From Desulfobulbus propionicus DSM 2032 (GTDB taxonomy: Bacteria > Desulfobacterota > Desulfobulbia > Desulfobulbales > Desulfobulbaceae), in the NCBI RefSeq assembly GCF_000186885.1, contig NC_014972.1, positions 3,120,001-3,152,000 of the forward strand: a DNA stretch of 32,000 bases, in the 5' to 3' direction. The translations under genes and the position numbers were made by a program. Below, piece after piece: positions 1 to 9,754 of this stretch (its first letter is position 1; every line of letters begins with the position of its first letter). The notes below the pieces were generated by a model. It searched no databases. It was given only the letters and a program-made list of their open reading frames with translations, and had not been told where the DNA came from.

Positions 1-447
1 GCCCCCAAGGCGGATGCGATCATCGGCGCGGTTCTCGTGCCCGGCGCCAAGGCTCCCCGACTGATCAGCCGCGACTTGCTGGCGTCGATGAAAAAGGGGG
101 CGGTGCTGGTCGATGTGGCCATCGACCAGGGGGGCTGTTTCGAGACATCGCGGCCCACCACCCATGACCAGCCGGTGTTCGAGATCGACGGCATCCTTCA
201 CTACTGCGTGGCCAACATGCCCGGCGCGGTGCCCCTGACCTCGACCCTGGCCCTGACCAACGCCACTCTGCCCTACGCCCTGACCCTGGCCAAGAAAGGC
301 TGGCAACGGGCGGCGCTGGACGATGCGGGCATCGGCCGGGGCATCAACATGGCGGCCGGCCGGATCACCTGTCAGGGCGTGGCCGAGGCCTTTGGCCTGC
401 CCCATTGTCCACTGGAAACAGTGCTGGGCCGGGAGAGAACGGTGTGA
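1..447 (+). CDS. ald: Alanine dehydrogenase, C-terminal part (5' end outside window)
   Basis: Open frame from window edge; protein ...[71 protein letters not shown] is typical of the Ald C-terminus. Confidence 0.93.
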   Translation, partial: APKADAIIGAVLVPGAKAPRLISRDLLASMKKGAVLVDVAIDQGGCFETSRPTTHDQPVFEIDGILHYCVANMPGAVPLTSTLALTNATLPYALTLAKKGWQRAALDDAGIGRGINMAAGRITCQGVAEAFGLPHCPLETVLGRERTV

Positions 448-570
448 AATCTGGCCGCGCAAGGCAAGACACGAGCACGGAGACAAAACCTACGAGCGCA
501 GGCCAGACACCACCGACGGCGGGCAAGGAGAGAGGCGAAAAAACCCGCCGCCAATGGTGCAAGAGGGGGG

Positions 571-1260
571 TTAGTTCTCCGGAGTACCGATAAAGCGATA
601 CACCACGGCGCCGAGCAGGGCACCAACGATCGGAGCCACCCAGAACAGCCACAGCTGGGCCAGCGCCCAGTCACCCACATAGAGAGCCACGCCCAGGCTC
701 CGGGCCGGATTGACCGAGGTGTTGGTCACCGGGATGCTGATCAGGTGGATCAGGGTCAGGCACAGGCCGATGGCGATTGGGGCCATGCCCTGCGGCGCCC
801 GCTGGTCGGTGGACCCGAGGATGACCAGCAGGAACATCATGGTCATCACCACTTCAGTGATCAGCGCGGCCACCATCGAATAGCCGCCCGGCGAATGCGC
901 CCCGTACCCGTTGGAGGCAAACCCGGCCGACACCTCAAATCCCGCCTTGCCGCTGGCGATCAAATACAGTACCCCGCCGGCCAGCACGCCCCCGATCACC
1001 TGGGCGGCGATGTACGGCAACAGCTGATTCGCCGGGAAACGGCCGCCGGCCCACAGTCCAATCGAAACCGCCGGATTGAGATGGCAGCCGGAGATGTGGC
1101 CGATGGCATAGGCCATGGTCAGCACGGTCAGGCCAAAGGCGAACGAGACCCCGAGCAAGCCGATGCCGACTTCCGGAAAGGCCGCCGCCAGCACCGCGCT
1201 GCCACACCCGCCAAGAACCAGCCAAAACGTACCGAAAACTTCCGCAACATACTTTTTCAT
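571..1260 (-). CDS. aqpZ: Aquaporin Z / MIP-family channel
   Basis: [23 protein letters not shown]... with two NPA motifs ([20 protein letters not shown]). The track ORF extends to 1593, but the homologous start is the CAT at 1258..1260. Confidence 0.95.
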   Translation of the reverse strand: MKKYVAEVFGTFWLVLGGCGSAVLAAAFPEVGIGLLGVSFAFGLTVLTMAYAIGHISGCHLNPAVSIGLWAGGRFPANQLLPYIAAQVIGGVLAGGVLYLIASGKAGFEVSAGFASNGYGAHSPGGYSMVAALITEVVMTMMFLLVILGSTDQRAPQGMAPIAIGLCLTLIHLISIPVTNTSVNPARSLGVALYVGDWALAQLWLFWVAPIVGALLGAVVYRFIGTPEN

Positions 1261-1409
1261 GCCTTGATCCTCCTTTGCAGGATATGAGGGAAAATGGAAC
1301 GGGAAGATGATGGTTGAAGGTAGCGGGGAACAACGGCAATGTACAGTAAATTTCCGGTAAATGTGGTACCCGATCGGACACTTGGCGGCCCGGATCGAGG
1401 GTGAGGGAA

Positions 1410-2291
1410 TCAGACCAGCAGGGCGCGCAGACGGCGGAGGTTTTCCACATCCTCGGCCAGGTCGGGGCCCTTGTCGGTCTCCAGGGTCATGGGATGGTGG
1501 CGGAAACGGGGATCGTTGAGCAGCAGGCGAAACCCCTCCAGGCCGATCTGGCCTTGACCGATGTGCGCGTGGCGGTCGATCCGGCTGCCGCAATCTTTTT
1601 TAGCATCGTTGAGATGGAAGAAGTGGACAGAATCGATGCCGACATGGCGCGCCAATTCCGTCATGGTTCGCGCGTAGCCGGCGGCGTCACGCAGGTCGTA
1701 GCCGGCGGCGAAAATATGGCAGGTATCGACGCAAACGCCGAGATGTGCCGGGTAGCGGTTATGGGCAAGCAGCCACCCCAGCTCCTCGAAGCGGCTGCCG
1801 AGCGAAGTCCCCTGACCGGCGGTGGTTTCCAGCAGCACAACGAGGGACGAGTCGAGTGCTCCCGAGTGTTCCAGGGCCTGGTCCAGATTGCGTGCCACCG
1901 CGGTCAGCCCGGCCTCGATGCCGGCGCCGCCGTGACTGCCGGGATGGATCACCACCGCCTCGATACCCAGCTGGCGGCAACGCGCCAGTTCCTCGGCAAA
2001 GGCCATCACCGATTTGGCTGCTTTGTCCGCTTCCGATGCCGCCAGATTGATCAGGTAGGAGGCGTGGGAGGCCACCGGCATGTGGCCGTGCGCCTGCCGG
2101 GCTTGCCGGAACAGGCGGATGGCTTCCTCGGAGAGCGGGGCGCTGCGCCACTGCCGCTGGTTGGCGGTGAAGATCTGCAGCGACTCGCCGCCGACCTGGC
2201 GGATCCGGTCAAAAGCCAGATGCAAGCCGCCGGCGATCGACTGATGGGCGCCGAGCAGGGGCATCAGTGGCCTCCAAGGGGGCGGAGGCAA
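1410..2291 (-). CDS. nfo: Deoxyribonuclease IV (AP endonuclease IV family)
   Basis: [18 protein letters not shown]..., [65 protein letters not shown] motifs. Confidence 0.93.
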   Translation of the reverse strand: MPPPPWRPLMPLLGAHQSIAGGLHLAFDRIRQVGGESLQIFTANQRQWRSAPLSEEAIRLFRQARQAHGHMPVASHASYLINLAASEADKAAKSVMAFAEELARCRQLGIEAVVIHPGSHGGAGIEAGLTAVARNLDQALEHSGALDSSLVVLLETTAGQGTSLGSRFEELGWLLAHNRYPAHLGVCVDTCHIFAAGYDLRDAAGYARTMTELARHVGIDSVHFFHLNDAKKDCGSRIDRHAHIGQGQIGLEGFRLLLNDPRFRHHPMTLETDKGPDLAEDVENLRRLRALLV

Positions 2292-2295
2292 AGGC

Positions 2296-3048
2296 TCACA
2301 TCTGCCATTGCCGCTCCAGATAGGCGAGTCCGTCGTGGTTGGTCAGATCGAGCTGGATCGGGGTGACCGAGATAAAGCCGTTGCGCACCGCCTGTTCGTC
2401 GGTGTCGTCCCCGCCCGACCAGTGGACCGTGCCGCCGCCGATCCAATAGTGCTTGCGTCCCCAGGGATCAAAGGTTTCCTGGATGGCATCCTGGTACAGA
2501 CGGCGGCCCTGGCGGGTGAAGCGAATGCCGCCGATCTTGCCGGCGGACAGCGGCGGAATGTTGATGTTCAAGAGCGACTTGGGCGGCAGGTGCATGGCCA
2601 GCGCCATGGAGGCCAGCTTCCAGGCCACCGCCGCCGCCACTTCGAAATCAAAGGGCGGGGAGCCGCCAAGCGAAAAGGCCAGGGAGGGAATATCGTACAT
2701 CGTGCCCTCGATGGCCGCCGACACCGTGCCCGAATAACTGATGTCGTCTCCCAGATTGGCGCCGGGATTGATCCCGGATACCAGCAGGTCGGGCCGGCGG
2801 TGAAGGATCTTGTTGATGGCGATGGTTACGCAGTCGGTGGGCGTGCCGTCGATGGTGTGGATGTGTTCGTCCAGCCGCACCACCCGCAACGGCCGGTTCA
2901 TGGTCAGGGAATGGCTGACCGCCGAGTTGTCCCGCTCGGGGGCGACGATCACCGCCTCGCCCAGCGAGCTGACCGCCTCGTGCAGGGCGCGGATGCCCGG
3001 CGCGTACACGCCGTCGTCGTTGGTGACCAGGATAAGTGGCTTGTGCAT
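2296..3048 (-). CDS. surE: 5'/3'-nucleotidase SurE
   Basis: MHKPLILVTNDDGVYAPGI..., VVAPERDNSAVSHSLT, SGINPGANLGDDISYSGTVSAAIEG motifs. Confidence 0.96.
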   Translation of the reverse strand: MHKPLILVTNDDGVYAPGIRALHEAVSSLGEAVIVAPERDNSAVSHSLTMNRPLRVVRLDEHIHTIDGTPTDCVTIAINKILHRRPDLLVSGINPGANLGDDISYSGTVSAAIEGTMYDIPSLAFSLGGSPPFDFEVAAAVAWKLASMALAMHLPPKSLLNINIPPLSAGKIGGIRFTRQGRRLYQDAIQETFDPWGRKHYWIGGGTVHWSGGDDTDEQAVRNGFISVTPIQLDLTNHDGLAYLERQWQM

Positions 3049-3051
3049 GGC

Positions 3052-3783
3052 TTATTTCGGCTGAGAGGCGTTGAAGGCTTGAAGAAAAGCGCGAATTCGC
3101 CGGACGTTGCTCCCCAGATCGGAAATCCCGGCACGGGAGGCCGAGCGAAGATCGATCCGGCTGCCGGTCTCGCGGGCTCCGATGCGGATGACAATGTCGT
3201 CGGTGAAGCCAAAAAACAACGACTGTTCCAGGGCCTCGATCGTCCCCCGGTCCCGATCCTGGGCGACAAGCCGCCAGTGCAGCCGCTGGACCACGGCAAG
3301 ACTTCGGTCAAAGGCCTCTGCCGGCGACAGGTCCACCAGCAGCGGCGTGACATCTCCGTATGCCCGCCGCTGCTGATCGGCAACCGTTGGCCCCGCGTAC
3401 TCGACGGCATTGTCGCCGGGTCCGCGCAGGGTGCGCGCGGCGGTCAACGGCGGCGGATTGTCGAGGTCGGTGGTGATGTCGTGGATCGGGGGCGCCTTGG
3501 CCCCCTGAAGGCCCATGAGCACGATGCCGATCAGGGGCGGAAGCGACAAGGCAACGGCCGCCAGACAGGGTCTGCCGCCGCCGCGGCCGGTCCGCAGCAC
3601 GACAAACAGAACCAACAGGCTGCAAAAACCGGTCAACACCAGACCGGCCGCCGCGGCCGCCACTCCCAGCAGGGCCGGACGCCAGGACAGCAGATCGAGC
3701 CGGAAGGCCGACACCGCCCCCAGGGCGAGCGCCAGCCACAGCAGCTGCAGTTTCCATAACCAATGGGTCTTGGTGGCCATCAA
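3052..3783 (-). CDS. DUF1499-like membrane protein
   Basis: N-terminal hydrophobic segments then RSLAVVQRLHWRLVAQDRDRGTIEALEQSLFFGFTDDIVIRIGARETGSRIDLRSASRAGISDLGSNVRRIRAFL, typical of DUF1499. Confidence 0.75.
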   Translation of the reverse strand: MMATKTHWLWKLQLLWLALALGAVSAFRLDLLSWRPALLGVAAAAAGLVLTGFCSLLVLFVVLRTGRGGGRPCLAAVALSLPPLIGIVLMGLQGAKAPPIHDITTDLDNPPPLTAARTLRGPGDNAVEYAGPTVADQQRRAYGDVTPLLVDLSPAEAFDRSLAVVQRLHWRLVAQDRDRGTIEALEQSLFFGFTDDIVIRIGARETGSRIDLRSASRAGISDLGSNVRRIRAFLQAFNASQPK

Positions 3784-3907
3784 TCGTTATTCTCCCTGGA
3801 AAAGGCGACCCAGGCTTGATCAGGCCAGCCCTTTTCCGTATACTGCCGACAAGATCTCTCACACACGAAACAGCATGGCCCCTGCGAGGGCAACGGGCGC
3901 AACGACC

Positions 3908-5164
3908 ATGAATAATAGCAAAGGCTCGCTCATCCTCAAAGCACTTTCCCCAGGGGCCGATGAAGCGCCGATCACCGCCTACCTGGAAAAGCGGGCCAAA
4001 AGCATCCCCCCGGAGAAGATCCCCTTCCTGCTCAAGAATCTGCCGGTGACCCTCAGCCGTAACGTGTCCGAGCAAACCGGCCGGATTGTCATCCGCCGGT
4101 TGGAAGAGCTGGGGGCCCAGGCGGTCTTTGTACCGTTCGGGACCGGCGACGCCGATACCATCGCGGCGTCACCCGATGCTCCCGCCGCGCCCCGGCACAG
4201 CCGAACAGCCCTCTGGAGAGAACGGCGCGCCTTCCAGCGCTTCCGCCAGATCAACAAGGAGGTCTGGATCATCCTCTCCATGCTGGGCATCGCCTGGCTG
4301 CTCAACGACACCATCGCCTCCCAGTATCTGCTGCTCGGGCTGTACACCCTGCCGGCGGTGGTGTCCGCCTACCTGTTCGGTCGCCGCCAGGCGGTGCTCA
4401 CCGCCTTTGCCAGCATCCTCCTCGTCGGCCTGGTCAGCCATTTTAACCCCGGCCGTTTCGACCAGGCCAATCTGGCGGGCATCGGCGGCAACAACCAATG
4501 GTACCACATCGTCTCTTGGGGCTGCATCCTGCTGGTGACCGCCTACACCATGGGCACCCTGTACGAGCGCAACAAAAACAAGGTAGAGGAGCTGCAACAG
4601 ACCTATCAGGGTCTGCTGCTCATCCTGCGCCATTTCATCGCCCAGGACGAGGAAAAGGAAAACCACGGGTTTCGCGTTTCCATTTACGCCACCCGTATCG
4701 CCTCCTGCATGGGATTGAGCAAGGAAGAGATCGAGGATATCCGTTCGGCGGCCCTGCTGCACGATCTCGGCCGGCTACGAATCAGCCGCTCGATTCTTCA
4801 CAAGGCCGTCCAACTCGGCCGGGACGAACGCCTGCCCGCAGATACTACCCCGGCAGCCGACGAGCAGCTGCTCAGCGGACCCATGGGCCGCATATTGCCG
4901 CTGCTCCTTGGCCAGCACGAACAATTCGAGCACTCCTTTTTCCTCGATGGCGAGACGATTCCCTTGGGCGCGCGCATTCTGGCGGTGGCCGATGCCTACG
5001 ACACCCTGACCGCCGGCGGTCCCGACTCCCCTGCCCTTTCACCCGAAGCCGCCAAGGAAAAAATCATCACCGAGCAGGACCCGTCGTTCGCGCCAGAGGT
5101 GGTCAAGGCCTTTGCCACCGCCTTCGAACGGCGGGAAATGGAACTCCCCCACATCATTCTCTGA
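3908..5164 (+). CDS. Membrane-associated HD/HD-GYP-like signalling protein (start could be 3875)
   Basis: Two or more TM segments, ENHGFRVSIYATRIASCMGLSKEEIEDIRSAALLHDLGRLRIS and GETIPLGARILAVADAYDTLT. The GYP motif is degenerate. Confidence 0.75.
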   Translation: MNNSKGSLILKALSPGADEAPITAYLEKRAKSIPPEKIPFLLKNLPVTLSRNVSEQTGRIVIRRLEELGAQAVFVPFGTGDADTIAASPDAPAAPRHSRTALWRERRAFQRFRQINKEVWIILSMLGIAWLLNDTIASQYLLLGLYTLPAVVSAYLFGRRQAVLTAFASILLVGLVSHFNPGRFDQANLAGIGGNNQWYHIVSWGCILLVTAYTMGTLYERNKNKVEELQQTYQGLLLILRHFIAQDEEKENHGFRVSIYATRIASCMGLSKEEIEDIRSAALLHDLGRLRISRSILHKAVQLGRDERLPADTTPAADEQLLSGPMGRILPLLLGQHEQFEHSFFLDGETIPLGARILAVADAYDTLTAGGPDSPALSPEAAKEKIITEQDPSFAPEVVKAFATAFERREMELPHIIL

Positions 5165-5208
5165 CCACCGGCTTTGCCACGGTCGACCTTTTCAATCGCG
5201 CCTGCGCC

Positions 5209-7011
5209 TCAGTGTTCGTCCCATTGCTTGCTTCTGAACTTCTCAAGCTGCGCCTGATAATAGGCCCGGTTTTGCGGGTCCAGACGAAAAGCGCGGATTT
5301 CGGTGGCCACCGCTTCCTCGATCAGACCGTTGGCCCAATAGGCGGTGGCCAGGGTATCGAGAATATAGCCGCGCTCCTTGAGCAAGGCCGCGGTTCGCGC
5401 CAGGGTCAGGGCGCGTTGCGCATCGCGCAGTGATTTGTCCTGGGCGGTCAGCAACAGCCAGGCCAGGTTGTTGTTGATCTCGGCGTTCGTCGGCGTGAGC
5501 TGCAACGCTTTGTCGTAAGCCTCCACCGCTCTTTTTTCCATCTTGCGGCTTTGGAGGAAATCACCGAGATACATCAGCCACAGACTGTTTTCCGGCTCCT
5601 GCCGCACCTTCTGCAACAGCACCGCCTCGGCATATTTGGTCTCGTAGCCCTCCGACAGTTTGGCCGCGTCCACGCGCTGCAGGGCCAGCACCACCAAGCC
5701 GATGCAGACGAAATAGAGCAACAGGCTGGCGTGCAGCTTGCGTTTGTGCCGGCGGATCAGCCGGCGGTCCTGCTCGCATCGCCTGAGGAAATCGATCCGT
5801 TCGCCGATGCCGTAATGATGCCAGTTTTTTTCTTCCCGGTTGCCGCTGAGCAGGGCGATCTTTTCAAATGAGGTGATCAACGGCCAGCTCGTGCCCAGGG
5901 CCCGGAAGACGTAAGCATCGGCTTGGCGTTCGAAATTGCGGATAAAATAGCCAAAGACAAAGCGGAAATAGACCAGCATCAACAGCAGCAGGGGGGCGGT
6001 GGCCAGTATGCCCAGCAGGTTTTCCGGGGCCACGGACAGATGGGGCAGGACACGGTAGAACAGTTCATTGGAGAGGATGAGATGGGGCAGCGGCGTGGCC
6101 ACCGCCCCGGCGAGCAGGCTGAATCCCAAAAAAAGGATGAGATAGAGGATCAGATGGAGATGTTTGACATGGCCGATCTCATGGGCGAGCACACTGTCGA
6201 TTTCCTTCTCGTTCAGGGTTTCCAGCAGGGCCGGGGTGATCAGCAGGAAACGCAGCCGGGGGACGATCCCCATGATGCCGGCGGTCAACACCTGCCCCTC
6301 GAACAGCGGCCAGGAGTAGATCTCGGAATGGAACCCCTGGGAGCGGCAGAAGGCCACCAACCGATCCCGCACCGGTCCGGGCGGCAGGGGGGTGCATCCC
6401 CAGAGCGTGCGCACCAGGGGCGGAAACACCAGGATCAAGAACACGAGGAACACGGCAAAGAGGATCAGGTCCCCCCACGGCGAGTTCAGCAGTTTGGTCA
6501 GCCGGGGAAAGGAAAGCAGCCGCAGACCGTCGAACACCAAGGAGAGGATCAGCCAGGGAAGGACAATGGGCAGGTTGGCCTTGACATTGGAGCGGAGAAA
6601 GGCCGGCGTGGTGTAGCGGCGCTGGAAGAGCTGTTGATAGCGCGGCCGACCTGCCCGCCACATCAGCATCAACAGAACGAAAAAGCAGCCCAGACCGGCG
6701 CTGTCGGCCAACACCGGCAAACGGCCGCCCACGGACAGGGGCATGAGATAATATTTGAGATCCAGCAGATACACCAGCCCCATGAAGACCAGCACCGCCA
6801 GGACCGACAGCCGCTTTTCCGCCGAAAAATAGGCGTTCGGGCCGCCGCCCGCGCGGGCAAAAGTTCGGGCGGCGACCTGGCCATATCCCCACAGGACGGC
6901 CGCGAGCGCCGCCAGGGTCCACAGGGGGGCAAGCACCGGCTGTGCGGTCGGGTTGGTGGTGGAAATGACAAAAATGACGACCAGAAAAAAGAGCAGGTTA
7001 TTGTACAGCAT
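5209..7011 (-). CDS. M48-family metalloprotease with C-terminal tetratricopeptide repeats (start could be 7044)
   Basis: HEXXH motif LAHEIGHVKHLHLIL, multiple TM stretches, RNFERQADAYVFRAL; C-terminal LWLMYLGDFLQSRKMEKRAVEAYDKALQLTPTNAEINNNLAWLL TPR-like. Confidence 0.88.
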   Translation of the reverse strand: MLYNNLLFFLVVIFVISTTNPTAQPVLAPLWTLAALAAVLWGYGQVAARTFARAGGGPNAYFSAEKRLSVLAVLVFMGLVYLLDLKYYLMPLSVGGRLPVLADSAGLGCFFVLLMLMWRAGRPRYQQLFQRRYTTPAFLRSNVKANLPIVLPWLILSLVFDGLRLLSFPRLTKLLNSPWGDLILFAVFLVFLILVFPPLVRTLWGCTPLPPGPVRDRLVAFCRSQGFHSEIYSWPLFEGQVLTAGIMGIVPRLRFLLITPALLETLNEKEIDSVLAHEIGHVKHLHLILYLILFLGFSLLAGAVATPLPHLILSNELFYRVLPHLSVAPENLLGILATAPLLLLMLVYFRFVFGYFIRNFERQADAYVFRALGTSWPLITSFEKIALLSGNREEKNWHHYGIGERIDFLRRCEQDRRLIRRHKRKLHASLLLYFVCIGLVVLALQRVDAAKLSEGYETKYAEAVLLQKVRQEPENSLWLMYLGDFLQSRKMEKRAVEAYDKALQLTPTNAEINNNLAWLLLTAQDKSLRDAQRALTLARTAALLKERGYILDTLATAYWANGLIEEAVATEIRAFRLDPQNRAYYQAQLEKFRSKQWDEH

Positions 7012-7186
7012 ACCGTTGCCTGTAGGTTGGGTGGTCGCATGCATGGGGCGCGATGCCGTGCGGGCCGCGGGTGGTGGATGGTACCGCTCACCTTATGCAT
7101 GCTTGTGCCAATATGCCAGAATCGTTTGCAGTTTTGCCTCGTTTTCTTGGCAGTCCCCTGATTTTTCGGAAAAATATGAAATTTTA

Positions 7187-7214
7187 TTGACCTTTCACGA
7201 TTCCTTGGTATTAT
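7187..7214 (+). promoter_or_regulatory. Sigma70-type promoter of the tRNA gene
   Basis: TTGACC (7187..7192), 16-nt spacer, TATTAT (7209..7214), about 22 nt upstream of the tRNA 5' end. Confidence 0.65.
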
Positions 7215-7236
7215 GTTGCGTTTTATCGTAGCGTTC

Positions 7237-7313
7237 GGGCCTATAGCTCAGTTGGCTAGAGCCACCGGCTCATAACCGGTCGGTCCCTGGTTCGAGTCCA
7301 GGTGGGCCCACCA
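7237..7313 (+). tRNA. tRNA with CAU anticodon (tRNA-Met elongator or tRNA-Ile2)
   Basis: Cloverleaf: acceptor GGGCCTA/TGGGCCC, D-arm TAGCTCAGTTGGCTAGAGCC, anticodon arm ACCGG-CTCATAA-CCGGT (anticodon CAT 7271..7273), T arm CCTGGTTCGAGTCCAGG, encoded CCA. Confidence 0.97.
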
Positions 7314-7440
7314 CATTTCCGGAAGAGCGGACCGGCTTTCCCCTGAAGCTCTCCATCACGGCTACCCCTGATTTGAATATTTTGAGCAGTTACCGGCAAT
7401 CATGGCTGAACCATCAGCGGGGCATTGAAACAGATGTCTG

Positions 7441-7477
7441 AAAAGAGGTACATCTCCAAGAGGATGTGCCTCTTTTT
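7441..7477 (+). terminator. Rho-independent terminator
   Basis: AAAGAGGTACATC (7442..7454) pairs with GATGTGCCTCTTT (7463..7475) with one G.U, followed by T residues. Confidence 0.8.
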
Positions 7478-7496
7478 CATTACTGAGTAATACAGA

Positions 7497-8300
7497 GTGC
7501 CTACCGTTCAACACATTCTTCATACCCTGCAACGCATAACCCCGGAAAACCTGGCTGAAGACTGGGACAATGTCGGCCTCCTGGTGGGTGATCCGCAGCA
7601 AACGGTGCAGCGCATCCTGATCGCGCTCGATCCCACCTGCTCGCTGATCGAGCAGGCCCGCCGCGGCCAATACGATCTCCTGCTCACCCACCACCCCATC
7701 ATCTTCCGCCCCCTCAAAGCTCTCCGTACCGACACACCCACCGGCCGTTTCATCGCCGCGGCCACTCGCAGCCAGATCAGCGTCATCGCCTGCCACACCA
7801 ATCTCGATGCCACCCGCGACGGGGTCAGTGACGTTCTCGCCCAGGGGCTGGGCCTGCTCGACTGCCAGCCGCTGGTTCCCGCCCGCGGGGGATGTGATCT
7901 GGCCTGCGGCTTAGGCCGCATCGGCCGTTATGCCCAACCGCTTGACGCCAAGACATTTCTTGCCCGCGTCCGCCAAACCTGTGATCCGCCATGGATCCTG
8001 GAAGCCGGTCCGCGGCCCGAGCGGGTGGGGTGCGTCGCCGTTTGCGGTGGTTCCTGTTCGGATTTCGCCGAGACCGCGCTCCACAGCGGCGCCGACGTTC
8101 TGCTGACCGCCGAAGTCAAGCATGCCGTGGCCCGATGGGCCGAGGATGCGGGCCTGTGGCTGTTGGACGGGGGACACTTTGCCACGGAAAATCCGGCCAT
8201 GGCCCGTTGGCGCGACAGGTTGCGGCACGAGGCCCGAGCCTGCGGATGGGAGCTGACAATTGACACGGCACGGCAGCTGCCACCGCTGCGACTGGCATGA
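7497..8300 (+). CDS. Nif3-like dinuclear metal center protein (YbgI family)
   Basis: PENLAEDWDNVGLLVGDPQQTVQRILIALDPT, YDLLLTHHPIIF, VIACHTNLD, GADVLLTAEVKHAVARWAEDAGLWLLDGGHFATE. Confidence 0.93.
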   Translation: MPTVQHILHTLQRITPENLAEDWDNVGLLVGDPQQTVQRILIALDPTCSLIEQARRGQYDLLLTHHPIIFRPLKALRTDTPTGRFIAAATRSQISVIACHTNLDATRDGVSDVLAQGLGLLDCQPLVPARGGCDLACGLGRIGRYAQPLDAKTFLARVRQTCDPPWILEAGPRPERVGCVAVCGGSCSDFAETALHSGADVLLTAEVKHAVARWAEDAGLWLLDGGHFATENPAMARWRDRLRHEARACGWELTIDTARQLPPLRLA

Positions 8301-8427
8301 CCCGCACATCAGCACACCCGGCCGTCAAGGAGCACGTCACCGTAAACGGGGCAGGAACATCACCGCCCTGTTCGCATTCCTTTTGTACCGTTTCTACCAC
8401 CAGACAGACCGATCGAGGAGTTCATCA

Positions 8428-9156
8428 TTGAAAGAGGAAATATTCAAACTCATCAAGCTGCAGGCAATCGACAGTGAAATTGCCGGGTTCGACCACGCCA
8501 TCGCCAAGCATCAGGCGATTATCGCCGGCCGCGAGCAGGCGATCGCCGAAAAACAAGAGGCGATCGCCGCCTTCCGGGGCAAGATCGAACTGCTCAACCA
8601 GAAACAGCGGGAAACCAAAAGCGAGCATGATGATGCCGGCGCCCGGGTCAAGGACCGGCAGAACAAGATGATGCAGGTGCAGACCAGCCGCGAGCACCAG
8701 GCCCTGCTCAAGGAAATCGAGGACAACAAGAAGCTGGTCAAGGAAACCGAGGATCGTCTGTTGCAGTTTATCGAGCAGATCGAGCAACTGGAGCAGGAGG
8801 TCGCCACCCTGGAAAACCTGTGCGCCGGCGAACAGCAGCTTTTGACGGAAGAAACTGAGAACGTCGACAAGGAGATCAAACGGATCGAGCAGGCAAAAAA
8901 ATCCGTGGTCAACCAGCGGGAGGTCGAGGCCGCGGAGTTGGATGGCCCCTATCTCAAACGCTACACCATGCTGCTCACCAAGCGCGACGGCTTGGCGGTG
9001 GTGCCGATCAACGATAGCGTCTGCCAGGGATGCTACATGGCCCTGCCGCCCCAGCAGGTCAACGAGGTGCGCAAGGCCGACAAACTCAACCTCTGCCCGA
9101 CCTGCCAGCGCATTCTCTATTACAAGGAACCCGAGGAATTCGCCGTTGACAAATGA
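8428..9156 (+). CDS. C4-type zinc-ribbon coiled-coil protein (DUF164 family); TTG start proposed
   Basis: Coiled-coil LKEEIFKLIKLQAIDSEIAGFDHAI... and C-terminal CQGCYMALPPQQVNEVRKADKLNLCPTCQRILYY. GAGGAG Shine-Dalgarno upstream of TTG 8428. Confidence 0.88.
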   Translation: MKEEIFKLIKLQAIDSEIAGFDHAIAKHQAIIAGREQAIAEKQEAIAAFRGKIELLNQKQRETKSEHDDAGARVKDRQNKMMQVQTSREHQALLKEIEDNKKLVKETEDRLLQFIEQIEQLEQEVATLENLCAGEQQLLTEETENVDKEIKRIEQAKKSVVNQREVEAAELDGPYLKRYTMLLTKRDGLAVVPINDSVCQGCYMALPPQQVNEVRKADKLNLCPTCQRILYYKEPEEFAVDK

Positions 9157-9754
9157 CGCGGCGGTCCGGGAAGCGGTTCTGCGGCGGCTGGCGGATCAGC
9201 TCGACGATGCGGAGTTGACGCGCCTCTTTCCTGGCCAGCTCCCCGCCTCTCTGCGCCGGATCATTGCCGGCGGGCCGGGGAATGAACCTTCCCAGGCACC
9301 AGCGGCCACCGGGCCTCCCGCCACCGCAGCTGTGACCGCTCGTGCGCAAGGGTGTTGCCGGCTGTTCACCGATGGCGCTTCCCGGGGCAACCCCGGCCAG
9401 GCTGGTGCCGGGGCGGTGCTGCTCGATAACGGCAACGAGGAGCTGGCGGCCAAATCGGTCTATCTGGGCGTCTGCACGAACAATGTCGCCGAATACAAGG
9501 CCTTGCTCATCGGACTGGACGAGGCCCTGCGGCATGGCTGTACCGACGTGGCGGTGTTTCTCGATTCGGAACTGATCGTTCGCCAGATCCAGGGGCGATA
9601 CAAGGTCAAAAACGAGGCGTTGCTCCCCCTGTTCCAGCAGGTTCAGGAACGGCTCGACCGGTTCGCTGCCTGGTCCATCACCCATGTGCCCCGGTCGCAA
9701 AACGCCCGCGCCGACCAGTTGGCCAACAGGGGGATTGATCAACACGGCGGTTGA
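9146..9754 (+). CDS. RNase HI-family protein, likely TTG start overlapping the upstream gene
   Basis: LFTDGASRGNPGQAGAGAVLLDNGNEELAAKSVYLGVCTNNVAEYKALLIGLDEAL...FLDSELIVRQIQGRYKVKNEAL...HVPRSQNARADQLAN, typical RNase H1 motifs. Confidence 0.9.
   Translation: MTNDAAVREAVLRRLADQLDDAELTRLFPGQLPASLRRIIAGGPGNEPSQAPAATGPPATAAVTARAQGCCRLFTDGASRGNPGQAGAGAVLLDNGNEELAAKSVYLGVCTNNVAEYKALLIGLDEALRHGCTDVAVFLDSELIVRQIQGRYKVKNEALLPLFQQVQERLDRFAAWSITHVPRSQNARADQLANRGIDQHGG

Noticed and set aside
517-550. CGGCGGG/CCCGCCG inverted repeat between ald and aqpZ as a terminator
   Set aside because: Loop of 20 nt and no T-run after the stem on either strand; could be chance in GC-rich sequence.
2308-3759. 483-aa plus-strand ORF
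   Set aside because: Antisense to surE and the DUF1499 gene, both well supported.
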